Source: an uncultured Ruminococcus sp. (GTDB taxonomy: Bacteria > Bacillota > Clostridia > Oscillospirales > CAG-272). From it: 64,000 nucleotides of DNA. A program made the position numbers and the translations under genes. The notes beneath the pieces are model-generated. The model made no database searches and had not been told where the DNA came from. It saw only the letters and a program-made list of their open reading frames with translations. The stretch lies in the NCBI GenBank assembly GCA_964623635.1, contig CAZUUA010000005.1, positions 3,975 through 67,974 on the forward strand. The letters are read 5' to 3'. Below, in pieces: positions 30,929-39,902 of this stretch (positions are counted from its first letter, which is position 1; each line of letters starts with the position of its first letter).

Positions 30929-31052
30929 TATGATTTGTATTGTTCAGTCTATGCTGATTCACTCGAGAAAACGAGGCAAAAAGCTAGGATTTATGGCTTT
31001 TTGGCGCATTTTCAACCTTAATCAGTGTTGACTTCAGTCAACAGCGTTCGCT

Positions 31053-33356
31053 TTATTCCTGTCCCATTTCTTCCGGGGCAATAGGTGCTTCCTCGACCGC
31101 TTCCATCGGCTTTTCGATTTTGAAATCGCAGCTGGCGTTCCGGCAGACCAGCAGGTGGTTCTTGCCTTTTTTGCGCATGAGCATATTGCCGCACTGGGGA
31201 CATTTTTCGTTTGTCGGCATATCCCACGAGGAGAATGTACAGGTTGGATAATTTTCGCAGCCATAGAACATGGTGCGGTTCTTGCCGTATTTGGTCACGA
31301 TCTCGCCGCCGCATTCGGGACACTTGACGCCCAGGGTCTTGACCTTTTGCTTGGTGAACTTGCATTCTGGATACCGGGAGCAGGCATAGAAGCTGCCATA
31401 ACGGCCGTTGCGCAGGATCATATCGGCACCGCACACCTCACACTTCATGGGTGCGATCTCCGGCTTTTTCTCCACCAGTGCATCCCCTTCTCTGGTCAGG
31501 GGTCTGGTATTCTTGCACGCCGGATAATTGGGACAAGCGGCGAACTTGCCAAATCGACCGTTCTTCACCACCATACGGCTGCCGCAGTGCTCACAGATGA
31601 TGTCGGTGACTTCGTCCGGCACGTCAAATTCTTCCTTGGACACATTTTCCATAGCGGCATCCAGCTCTTTCTTGAAGCCGCCGTAGAAGTCGTTCAACAC
31701 GTCCAGCATGGTGTTTTGTCCGTTTTCGATCTCGTCCAGGCTGTCCTCCATATGAGCTGTGAACTTATAGTCCACAATGTCCGGGAACTGCTCGCACATG
31801 ATCTTGGTGATGACCTCGCCAAGCTGTGTCGGCACTAAGCTCTTGCCTTCTCTCTTTACGTAGCCACGGGAGATGATCAGGGTGATGGTAGGCGTGTAGG
31901 TGCTGGGGCGACCGATGCCTTCGTCTTCCAAAAATTTGATCAGGGATGCTTCGGTGTAGCGTGCCGGCGGTTCGGTGAAATGCTGGCTGGGATCGATCTT
32001 TTTGGCCGTCAGCGCATCTCCTTCGGTGAACTGGGGCAGGCGTGCATTGGGTCCGTCTTCATCCACTTTTTTCTCGTCGGTGGATTCCTCGTACACCGCC
32101 ATAAAGCCGGGGAACTTCACGGTGTGCCCGCTGGTACGATAGATGTACTTATCACACAGCAGATCGGTCTGCACGGTGGCAAGCTCCGCCGATTCCATTT
32201 GGCTGGCTGTAAACCGGTCCCAAATCAGCTTATACAGCCGATACTGGTCGGAGGACAAAAGCTTCTTGACGCTGGCCGGTTCCAATGTGGGGTCAGCCGG
32301 ACGAATAGCTTCGTGGGCATCCTGGGCACCGGCTTTGGCTTTGTATATCCTCGGCTTGGCAGAATAGTACTCTTCGCCGTATTTTTCACAGATATAGTTC
32401 TTAGCGATCTCACGTGCTTCTTCGGAGATCCGCAGGGAGTCGGTACGCATATAGGTGATAAGCCCATGGGTGCCACCGAATTCGCTGCCCAGGTTCAAGC
32501 CTTCGTACAGCTCCTGCGCCACCTTCATGGTACGCTGGGACTGGAAGTTCAGTTTCCGGGAGGCTTCCTGCTGCAAGGTAGAGGTGGTGAACGGAGGCGC
32601 CGGATTCTTCAGCTTTTTGCCATTGCGGATCTCCTGCACCAGAAAAGGCTTACCCATGCAGTCATCCACGACCCTTTGAGCCTCTGCGGCATTGTTAAGC
32701 TCCAGCTTTGCCTTGGTGTCCGCCATACCCCAGAAGTGGGTCTGGAAGGTCTTACCGTCACCGGTCTGCAGATCGGCGTCGATGTTCCAATATTCCTTAG
32801 GCACAAAGGCACGGATCTCGTTTTCCCGTTCCACAATGATACGGGTCGCCACAGACTGCACACGTCCTGCTGACAGGCCACTTTTCACCGTCTTCCACAA
32901 AAAGGGACTGAGCTTGTAGCCCACGATACGGTCCAGTATCCGGCGTGCCTGCTGGGCGTTGACCATATCCATATCGATATCTCTGGGGGCTTTGATGGCA
33001 TTTTTGACGGCAGTCTTGGTCACCTCGTTGAAGGTGATCCGGCGTGCTTTTTCCGGCGGAATGGCCAGAGCGGTCATCAGATGCCAGGAAATGGCTTCTC
33101 CTTCCCGGTCAGGGTCCGTTGCCAGGTAGATCCGGTCGGCCTTTTTGACTTCCTTCTTCAGCTCCCGGATCAGCTCGCCTTTGCCCCGGATATTGATATA
33201 ATGCGCTTCGAAATTATTTTCCAGATCGATCCCCAGTGTTGACTTAGGCAGGTCCCGCAAATGCCCCTTACAGGCCACCACCTTATACGTGGAGCCCAGG
33301 TAGCTGTTGGCTGTGCTTGCTTTTGTGGGAGATTCCATGATCACCAGATTGTACAT
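31053..33356 (-). CDS. topA: DNA topoisomerase I
   Basis: Toprim N-terminus LVIMESPTKA, active-site region ITYMRTDS, and several C-terminal Cys4 zinc ribbons (CEHCGS..CPNYPAC and others). Confidence 0.95.
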   Translation of the reverse strand: MYNLVIMESPTKASTANSYLGSTYKVVACKGHLRDLPKSTLGIDLENNFEAHYINIRGKGELIRELKKEVKKADRIYLATDPDREGEAISWHLMTALAIPPEKARRITFNEVTKTAVKNAIKAPRDIDMDMVNAQQARRILDRIVGYKLSPFLWKTVKSGLSAGRVQSVATRIIVERENEIRAFVPKEYWNIDADLQTGDGKTFQTHFWGMADTKAKLELNNAAEAQRVVDDCMGKPFLVQEIRNGKKLKNPAPPFTTSTLQQEASRKLNFQSQRTMKVAQELYEGLNLGSEFGGTHGLITYMRTDSLRISEEAREIAKNYICEKYGEEYYSAKPRIYKAKAGAQDAHEAIRPADPTLEPASVKKLLSSDQYRLYKLIWDRFTASQMESAELATVQTDLLCDKYIYRTSGHTVKFPGFMAVYEESTDEKKVDEDGPNARLPQFTEGDALTAKKIDPSQHFTEPPARYTEASLIKFLEDEGIGRPSTYTPTITLIISRGYVKREGKSLVPTQLGEVITKIMCEQFPDIVDYKFTAHMEDSLDEIENGQNTMLDVLNDFYGGFKKELDAAMENVSKEEFDVPDEVTDIICEHCGSRMVVKNGRFGKFAACPNYPACKNTRPLTREGDALVEKKPEIAPMKCEVCGADMILRNGRYGSFYACSRYPECKFTKQKVKTLGVKCPECGGEIVTKYGKNRTMFYGCENYPTCTFSSWDMPTNEKCPQCGNMLMRKKGKNHLLVCRNASCDFKIEKPMEAVEEAPIAPEEMGQE

Positions 33357-33400
33357 AGTTCTGCGCTTTCCTCATCTTTCTATCGTTTCCCTGCGGATAC

Positions 33401-35086
33401 TCAGCGGTTGTTGTACCCTTCGATCTCTGTGTCGTCCACCAACGTCACCGGCATATCGTCCGGATCGGTACGTAGGAAATAGCCGCCGCTACCTGCTTCG
33501 ATGGCACCTGCCATTTCCAGCACGGTCATAGCAGCCAGCACTTCCCCGATGGAAAAACCGCCGGCTGCCACCAGCTCATCCGCTGTCACAGGGACGTTTG
33601 GCTTCATTCTATTATATACCCGCATTTCCTTTTCGGCAAGGGCTTTTGTGTCAATTTTTCGTTCGGGCTGCAGTTTTTCCGGCGTCGGCGTGAACTCTTT
33701 ACTCTTTTTACCCTTTTTCCTGTCCTCTGCGCTCTCCGGCAGTCGGATCCCCAACTTGTCAAGGACGGAGCGCTTTTTCTTCTCACTTGTGAGAGGATCA
33801 CTTGTGAGAGGATCACTTGTGAGAGAATCACTTGTGAGAGGATCGCCGGTCGTCCTTGCCGTCTTTTCTCTTTCTCCCATAGGAGAACCTTCGGGACGGG
33901 ATCTTGTCTTTTTCGATGCCGGTCTCTGTTCGATTTCCTGCACCGGCTCCTCGTGCAGCCAGCTCTCCACCTTGCCTTTGACATTTTCTGTGTCTGGCAT
34001 AGTAGAAGGATCCGGCGGCAGATCCGGGTAGGGTGTGGTATAGCTGCGACCGCCGTAGGTACCTTCGCCCACAAAGTTGCGTGTATTACGCACCTGCACA
34101 CCGCTTTGCCGCATAGTCTCCTGAGACTGTCTTCCCACATCCAAGGTACGATAGGCACGGTGTGCTGCATGGGTAAACACGCTATTGGGGTAGATATACT
34201 CAAATTCGCTCAGTACATCCTCCGCTGTCAGCACGGGCAAGGCACCACTGCGGATCAGCTCGTTGGGTCCCTCTGACCCTTCCTGTCCCACTTGACCGGG
34301 TACGGCAAACACCTTCTTGCCTTGGTAGACCAGGTGCCGTGCTGTGATCAGGGAGCCACTGGTCGAGTTGCCCTCCACCACGATGCCACAGTCCGACAGG
34401 CCACTGATGATCCGGTTGCGTATGGGAAAATTGCGACCAGCCGGTCGAGTGCCGGGAATATATTCGGACACGATACAGCCACCGGCCGCCAGGATCCGTT
34501 GGTACACCTGGGTATGCTCTTTGGGATAGATCACGTCCACGCCACTGCCCAGCACTGCGATGGTACTGCCACCGGCGTCCAGGGCACCCATCATCGCCAT
34601 ACTGTCCACGCCCAGTGCCATACCGCTGACCACCAATGCGCCGCCGGCTGCCAGACCATAGCCCAGCTTATACGCCATCTCCCTGCCGTAATCCGACATG
34701 GTTCGTGTGCCGACCACAGCCGTAGTGAGTCTGCCGTCGATCCAGGGGAATTTGCCTTTGCAGTACAGCAGGAGCGGTGCGTTGCTCAGGTCTCGAAGGG
34801 TCTGCGGATAGATCGCATCTGTGAGCCGGATCATATGGATATCCTTCCGGCGACAATCGGCCAGGATCTGTTTCGCTGCATCCGTGGAACGCTTTTGCAG
34901 CAGGTCCCCCACCTTTTCCTGTTCCCCTACCGAGAGAAAATCCCACGATGCCACGTCCTCCGGCTTTTGGCGATAGATCTCCTCCGGGGAACCAAAATGG
35001 GCAAGCAACGTTTTTCCTACGCTGCTTCCGGCGCCGCAATTGTCGGCCAGCCACACCCAATACAGCATATCTTCATTTCCATCCAT
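33401..35086 (-). CDS. dprA: DNA processing protein DprA (Smf) with a long low-complexity linker
   Basis: DprA Rossmann core (VVSGMALGVDSMAM, VLGSGVDVIYP, FPIRNRIISG) and a C-terminal winged-helix tail (GEVLAAMTVLEMAGAIE). 561 aa, against roughly 300-370 as I recall. The start is possibly ATG 35068. Confidence 0.85.
   Translation of the reverse strand: MDGNEDMLYWVWLADNCGAGSSVGKTLLAHFGSPEEIYRQKPEDVASWDFLSVGEQEKVGDLLQKRSTDAAKQILADCRRKDIHMIRLTDAIYPQTLRDLSNAPLLLYCKGKFPWIDGRLTTAVVGTRTMSDYGREMAYKLGYGLAAGGALVVSGMALGVDSMAMMGALDAGGSTIAVLGSGVDVIYPKEHTQVYQRILAAGGCIVSEYIPGTRPAGRNFPIRNRIISGLSDCGIVVEGNSTSGSLITARHLVYQGKKVFAVPGQVGQEGSEGPNELIRSGALPVLTAEDVLSEFEYIYPNSVFTHAAHRAYRTLDVGRQSQETMRQSGVQVRNTRNFVGEGTYGGRSYTTPYPDLPPDPSTMPDTENVKGKVESWLHEEPVQEIEQRPASKKTRSRPEGSPMGEREKTARTTGDPLTSDSLTSDPLTSDPLTSEKKKRSVLDKLGIRLPESAEDRKKGKKSKEFTPTPEKLQPERKIDTKALAEKEMRVYNRMKPNVPVTADELVAAGGFSIGEVLAAMTVLEMAGAIEAGSGGYFLRTDPDDMPVTLVDDTEIEGYNNR
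33784..33843 (-). repeat. Four tandem 15-bp in-frame repeats inside the dprA linker
   Basis: The plus strand carries CACTTGTGAGAGGAT four times, with one G-to-A variant. Each unit carries the palindrome TCTCAC-TT-GTGAGA. The repeats encode DPLTSDSLTSDPLTSDPLTSE. Confidence 0.95.
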
Positions 35087-35138
35087 AATTGCGTCCTACC
35101 TTTCGGAGCCTCCTGGTGGCAGACTGTTGTTCTCTGAT

Positions 35139-35987
35139 CTATATAGAAAAGCTTCGATAATATTCCCACAGCAAAAGCGATGCGGCGATCGATGCGTTCA
35201 GGCTTTCTGTCACGTCTTGCATGGGGATCCGGATCACGCCGTCGCACCGGGCAATGACCGCCTCGGATACGCCATGGCCTTCGTTGCCAATGATGATGCA
35301 GTCGTTTTGCCGCAGCTCTGCCTGTCCTGCCGTAAAGCTGTTTTCGCCTAAAGCGGCCGCCAACACACGGTGCCCGTTTTTCTGCAGCTCCGCCACGGTC
35401 TCCACCAGGTCATCGATGATCACAAGGGGACAGCGGAACAATGCGCCCATAGCGGCACGAACGGTTTTGGGACCGGTGGGATCGGCACAGTGATGCAGGA
35501 TCAGTCCATCCACACCAAAGGCAACAGCGGAACGGAGGATGGTGCCCAAATTGCCGGGGTCCTGGATCGTGTCCAAGAGAAAATACCGGCCGTCTTTTTG
35601 CCACTGCAGCTCGGCGCCCATCTGTTTTTTCCGTTTGAGAACGGTGATGATGCCCTGTGGTGCTTTTTCGGTAGACACCTTTTCGAAGACCTCGGCGGTG
35701 GTCAGCTTGATGGGGATCTGTTTTGCGTGCATGGCATGGGCACAGGCGACGATCCGTTCGTCGGTTCGACTTGTCGCAGTCAGACTGTCCACAGACACCA
35801 GCGCCATCACGATATCCACACCGGCTGCCAATGCTTCTTCCGCCAGCTTCACGCCTTCGGCTGTGTACAGGTCAAATGCGTCCCGATATTTTGCATCCTT
35901 TAGTTTAGCCAGCATACCCACCGTTGCGCCTGCACGAGAGGTCAACAGCTCGGCTTGCCAGACTTTCTGTGCTTCTTCTTTTGTCAT
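35139..35987 (-). CDS. TrmH/SpoU family RNA 2-prime-O-methyltransferase
   Basis: SpoU motifs DTIQDPGNLGTILRSA, IIIGNEGHGVS and SLNASIAASLLLWE. I refined the start to ATG 35987, which follows GGAGGA. Confidence 0.8.
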   Translation of the reverse strand: MTKEEAQKVWQAELLTSRAGATVGMLAKLKDAKYRDAFDLYTAEGVKLAEEALAAGVDIVMALVSVDSLTATSRTDERIVACAHAMHAKQIPIKLTTAEVFEKVSTEKAPQGIITVLKRKKQMGAELQWQKDGRYFLLDTIQDPGNLGTILRSAVAFGVDGLILHHCADPTGPKTVRAAMGALFRCPLVIIDDLVETVAELQKNGHRVLAAALGENSFTAGQAELRQNDCIIIGNEGHGVSEAVIARCDGVIRIPMQDVTESLNASIAASLLLWEYYRSFSI

Positions 35988-36122
35988 CGTCGTCCTCCAC
36001 ATTCGATCTGCACGTAAACCATCTGTTATACCATTCCCATTTTGGCACATTTGACCAGATTGGTTCAAAGTACAAGAAATGGGTGTCACAATCTGCTGCA
36101 ACACCCATAGGGAACTGTTCGA

Positions 36123-36476
36123 TTACAGGGCAGCCTTTGCCTTTGCCACGATCTCAGCAAATGCTTCCTTATCGGAAACGGCGATCTCAGCAAGCATCTT
36201 TCTGTTCAGGGTGATACCAGCCTTCTTCAGACCGTTCATCAGCTGAGAATAGTTGATGCCGTTTACCTTAGCCTGGGCAGAGATACGAGTAATCCACAGA
36301 GCGCGGAACTCTCTCTTCTTCTGCTTACGGCCGATGTAGGCATAGTTGCCACTCTTCATTACGGCCTGCTTAGCCATCTTGAAGTGCTTGCTCTTGGAAC
36401 CCCAGTAGCCCTTGGCAGCCTTCAGAACTTTATTTCTTCTCTTGCGCGTCATCATAGCGCCCTTAACTCTTGCCAT
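36123..36476 (-). CDS. rplT: 50S ribosomal protein L20
   Basis: [26 protein letters not shown]... is typical of L20. Confidence 0.95.
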   Translation of the reverse strand: MARVKGAMMTRKRRNKVLKAAKGYWGSKSKHFKMAKQAVMKSGNYAYIGRKQKKREFRALWITRISAQAKVNGINYSQLMNGLKKAGITLNRKMLAEIAVSDKEAFAEIVAKAKAAL

Positions 36477-36523
36477 CTCTATATATTCCTTTCTTTACTT
36501 CTGTCTTGTTCCGATCTTACGAA

Positions 36524-36721
36524 TCAGTCCTTGCCGATCAGTCTCTTCACGTTGGCGGTCATAGCGCCTGCCAGGATCTGGCTGCTGCGGAGATGTCTCT
36601 TTCTCTTGGCATCCTTCTGACCCAGGTTGTGACGGTGATCGGAGTGATATACCTTAACCTTACCGGTACCGGTAACAGCAAATCTCTTGGCAGAAGCCTT
36701 ATGCGTCTTAATTTTTCCCAT
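36524..36721 (-). CDS. rpmI: 50S ribosomal protein L35
   Basis: [23 protein letters not shown]... The start is refined to ATG 36721 within a longer ORF-track frame. Confidence 0.9.
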   Translation of the reverse strand: MGKIKTHKASAKRFAVTGTGKVKVYHSDHRHNLGQKDAKRKRHLRSSQILAGAMTANVKRLIGKD

Positions 36722-36840
36722 TTTTGTTATTTCCTTTCGATTTGGTATGCGATGTATGGCCGTTCGACAAAGCGGTATGCCACGCCGCGCAGCCTTTGGC
36801 AGGAGACGAACTGCACTGCCCATATAGGAAAGAGCGGAAA

Positions 36841-37374
36841 TTATTTCGACTCTTTTCCGGTGTTGGCGACGGGAGCCATAAACATGGTGAGCTGCTTGCC
36901 TTCCAGAACCGGCTTCTTGTCCACGGTACCCACTGCAGAACAAGCTTCGGCAAACTTATCCAGCATTTCCCGACCCAGCTCCTGGTGTGCGATCTCACGA
37001 CCCTTGAACTTCAGCTTGACACGCACCTTGTTGCCTTCGGAAAGGAACTTGATGGCGCGGCCGGCCTTGGTCTCGAAGTCGTGGGTGTCGATCCGGCAGG
37101 AAAGCTGAACTTCCTTGATCTCCACGACCTGCTGTTTTTTCTTTGCTTCTTTTTCCTTTTTGTCCTGTTCGTAGCGGAATTTGCCGTAGTCCATAGCACG
37201 GCATACCGGCGGCGTAGCAGTAGGAGCGATGAGGACCAGATCCAGTCCCTTTTCGTAAGCATAGGTTTTGGCGTCGTTCAGGCTCATGATGCCCAGCTGG
37301 CCATTGTTTTCGTCCAGCATACGGACTTCCTTTGCCCGGATGTCGTCGTTGATGTACAGTTCTTTTGCGCTAAT
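36841..37374 (-). CDS. infC: Translation initiation factor IF-3, starting at a non-canonical ATT codon
   Basis: IF-3 sequence (...[16 protein letters not shown]...). The frame stays open and IF-3-like 18 codons upstream of the first ATG ([18 protein letters not shown]), back to ATT at 37374..37372. GGAGGT lies 8 nt before that ATT. Confidence 0.85.
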   Translation of the reverse strand: MSAKELYINDDIRAKEVRMLDENNGQLGIMSLNDAKTYAYEKGLDLVLIAPTATPPVCRAMDYGKFRYEQDKKEKEAKKKQQVVEIKEVQLSCRIDTHDFETKAGRAIKFLSEGNKVRVKLKFKGREIAHQELGREMLDKFAEACSAVGTVDKKPVLEGKQLTMFMAPVANTGKESK

Positions 37375-37524
37375 AGTTACGCACCTCCATATTTTCTAAA
37401 AACAAAAACGTGCCGGAAGCTCATTCCCGCACGACACAACACGCCCACAAGAGGCTAATTGTATTGACCGGATGAGCTCTGTGGCTGTCCGGTGAGAACG
37501 GGAAGTTCTGCTTCTTTTTCATTC
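37375..37524 (-). promoter_or_regulatory. infC-rpmI-rplT leader with an attenuator terminator (consistent with an L20 leader)
   Basis: Leader of about 150 nt. Terminator GTGCGGGAA-TGAGC-TTCCGGCAC followed by GTTTTTGTTTTT (37396..37432), just before the RBS. The upstream segment AGCTCATCC can instead pair with GGAATGAGCT, which overlaps the terminator. Confidence 0.6.
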
Positions 37525-37530
37525 CTGTAG

Positions 37531-37559
37531 ATTATACACCCAAACCGGCTTTTTGTCAA
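37531..37559 (-). promoter_or_regulatory. Consensus sigma70 promoter for the infC operon
   Basis: The reverse strand reads TTGACA-N17-TATAAT. Confidence 0.7.
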
Positions 37560-37672
37560 TAGGTTTGGGGAAAGTTTTTTTGAAAAATTGCAAAAAATTC
37601 GTGGGGGCATTGGCGCCGGTGTGAAAGGAAGCAGCTTGCATAAATTTATGGTAGCAATTTTTTGGTAAGCCC

Positions 37673-37701
37673 TTGACAAGCCGGTATACGGGGATTATAA
37701 T
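37673..37701 (+). promoter_or_regulatory. Consensus sigma70 promoter for the LRR-dockerin gene
   Basis: TTGACA-N17-TATAAT, divergent from the infC promoter about 115 bp away. Confidence 0.7.
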
Positions 37702-37748
37702 ATAACAATGATACTTTGTTGCAATAAACTTTGAAGGAGGTAGATAAG

Positions 37749-39854
37749 ATGAGAAAAAGATGGGGTCTGGCGCTGGTGCTGGCCTTGGTTTGCGTGGTGC
37801 TGCTTTGCGTTGGGGTTTCGGCAGAGACCGTAGCAGAAGGGGTCTGTGGTGACGACCTGACGTGGGTTTTGGATGACGCCGGGGTTTTGACTATAAGTGG
37901 GAGTGGGGAGATGGAGGATTATAAAAGTGGCTCTATCACTCCATGGTATTCGTACAGAAACGATATAACCACAGTGATTATAGAAGAAGGTGTGACCTCT
38001 ATCGGGAACCATGCATTTGACAATTTCGATACCATCAATTGTTTCTACCCATTGTTAACTTCCGTGCAGCTGCCAGGCACGCTTGTTTCCATTGGGGAAT
38101 ATGCATTATATTGTTGTGTTGGCGTTACTTCTATCACGCTTCCCGAGGGTCTTTCCGCCATCAAGCTATGTGCTTTTCAGAATTGCACCGGGCTTACCTC
38201 CCTTGTACTTCCAGAAGGTCTCACTTCTATCGGCAATGCTGCATTCAAAAATTGTAGTGCGCTGACGGAGATCACCCTGCAAGGCAATGCTTCTATTTCC
38301 ACGAGTGCATTCGTTGATGCAGATCTACAGACCGTTCACATTTCCAATGCGGTGACGACTGTATATAGCAGCATCTTTTCTCTTTCCACTGTTAGCGCAT
38401 TTGATGTAGACGACATCGACGGGGTGGGATTTGTGTCCATCGATGGTGTATTGTATTCCCATGATGATTCTGCGGATGCATATACGTTAGTCCGATATCC
38501 TGCTGCCAAGAAAGATGGAGAGTATACCATCGTGGACGGCACGACCGCCATTTCCACCGCTGCCATCAGCTACAATCCGTATTTGGATCGGCTCAATGTT
38601 GCAGACAGCGTAACAACCATAGGCACTGACAATTTTGAGAATTGTAAAAATCTGTCTACCCTACGCTGGGGAGCCAATGTAACGTCAACGTATATTGCCG
38701 GTTGCAGCAATTCCCCGGTCACCACGGTTATCCTGCCAAAGGAGTTTGCCGTTCTGCCTAAGCCGTATGCTGTGACCGATTACAAAGTGATCAACGATAC
38801 GGATGAGGGCTACCGAGATATCGATGGTGTGCTGTACTACTACGATGCCAAAGAGGACATACTCACCGTTTCCTGTTATCCGCAGGGACGGACGGATGCG
38901 TCCTACACGATCGCCGATGGGACGGATGTCATTGGGGAGTATGCATTTTATAATATAAATAAGTATCTCACCAGCGTACAATTTCCCGATTCCGTCACCG
39001 AGATCGATTCCGATGGTTTCTACGGCTGTAGCAAGCTGACAAACGTAGATTTGAATGAAGGCCTGATCACCATTGGCAGCGGCGCATTTCGGTGTTGTAC
39101 TGCGCTTGCGGAGATCCGGATCCCCCAAACCGTGACCACAATCAAGCGCAATGCCTTCCGAGATTGTACATCTCTTACGCAGGTCTCCTTCCCGCCGTCG
39201 ATCACCAGTATTGGTCTGTATGCTTTCTACTGTTGTTCTGCATTGCGTGAAGCCTATTTCTATGGAGATGCACCTCACTGTGAAGTCTACGCCTTCTCCA
39301 ACACCCACTCCACTTTCACGATCTACTATATTGCCGGCAAATCCGGTTGGACTTCACCTACGTGGAATGGCTACAAAACTGCAACCTTTGTGCCGGCAGG
39401 CAACAGCCTGACGCTGACAGACAGCTCCACCTATGTTCTCTTCGACGAAACCATTACAAATGTTTCCATCGGTACCACGGTCTCTGCGTTTGTAAACCAA
39501 TTTTCTAACGCAGGCATCACCGTGTCCACCCCCGCCGGTGTTTTCCTCTCCGATACCGATTTGGTGGGTACCGGCTGTGTGGTCTCTCTGACGGTGGACG
39601 GCGCTGTGGTGGATACGCTGACGATCGTTGTGACCGGCGACCTATCCGGCGATGGTCTGTCGGATCGAACGGATCTGGCACTGCTGCAACAATACTACTG
39701 TGGCTACAACGTGACCATCGACTACCCTGCTGCCGCTGACCTGAACGGGGACGGCAAAATGACCAGAGCCGATGCCATGGTGCTGGCTCGGTGGCTTGCC
39801 GGTTGGACAGACGCCATGACGCCGCCAAGCGATGATGTCGTTATCATCTGGTAA
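37749..39854 (+). CDS. Secreted BspA-like leucine-rich-repeat protein with a C-terminal dockerin
   Basis: Signal peptide MRKRWGLALVLALVCVVLLCVGVSA. Repeated LRR units (IGxxAFxxCxxLTSVxLPxxLxxI). C-terminal duplicated Ca-binding segments GDLSGDGLSDRTD and ADLNGDGKMTRAD. Start refined to ATG 37749, which follows AGGAGG. Confidence 0.8.
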   Translation: MRKRWGLALVLALVCVVLLCVGVSAETVAEGVCGDDLTWVLDDAGVLTISGSGEMEDYKSGSITPWYSYRNDITTVIIEEGVTSIGNHAFDNFDTINCFYPLLTSVQLPGTLVSIGEYALYCCVGVTSITLPEGLSAIKLCAFQNCTGLTSLVLPEGLTSIGNAAFKNCSALTEITLQGNASISTSAFVDADLQTVHISNAVTTVYSSIFSLSTVSAFDVDDIDGVGFVSIDGVLYSHDDSADAYTLVRYPAAKKDGEYTIVDGTTAISTAAISYNPYLDRLNVADSVTTIGTDNFENCKNLSTLRWGANVTSTYIAGCSNSPVTTVILPKEFAVLPKPYAVTDYKVINDTDEGYRDIDGVLYYYDAKEDILTVSCYPQGRTDASYTIADGTDVIGEYAFYNINKYLTSVQFPDSVTEIDSDGFYGCSKLTNVDLNEGLITIGSGAFRCCTALAEIRIPQTVTTIKRNAFRDCTSLTQVSFPPSITSIGLYAFYCCSALREAYFYGDAPHCEVYAFSNTHSTFTIYYIAGKSGWTSPTWNGYKTATFVPAGNSLTLTDSSTYVLFDETITNVSIGTTVSAFVNQFSNAGITVSTPAGVFLSDTDLVGTGCVVSLTVDGAVVDTLTIVVTGDLSGDGLSDRTDLALLQQYYCGYNVTIDYPAAADLNGDGKMTRADAMVLARWLAGWTDAMTPPSDDVVIIW
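39636..39806 (+). other. Dockerin module (two F-hand Ca-binding repeats) within the LRR protein
   Basis: GDLSGDGLSDRTDLALLQQYY ... ADLNGDGKMTRADAMVLARWLAG fits the type I dockerin pattern DxNxDGxxxxxD plus a helix, present twice. Confidence 0.75.
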
Positions 39855-39864
39855 CACATGAAAC

Positions 39865-39902
39865 AAGGCATACGGTGCAGCGATCGTATGCCTTATTTTT
39901 TT
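39865..39902. terminator. Shared hairpin terminator between the convergent LRR-dockerin and sigK genes
   Basis: AAGGCATACG-N10-CGTATGCCTT followed by ATTTTTTT on the plus strand. The U-run on the minus strand is weaker. Confidence 0.75.
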
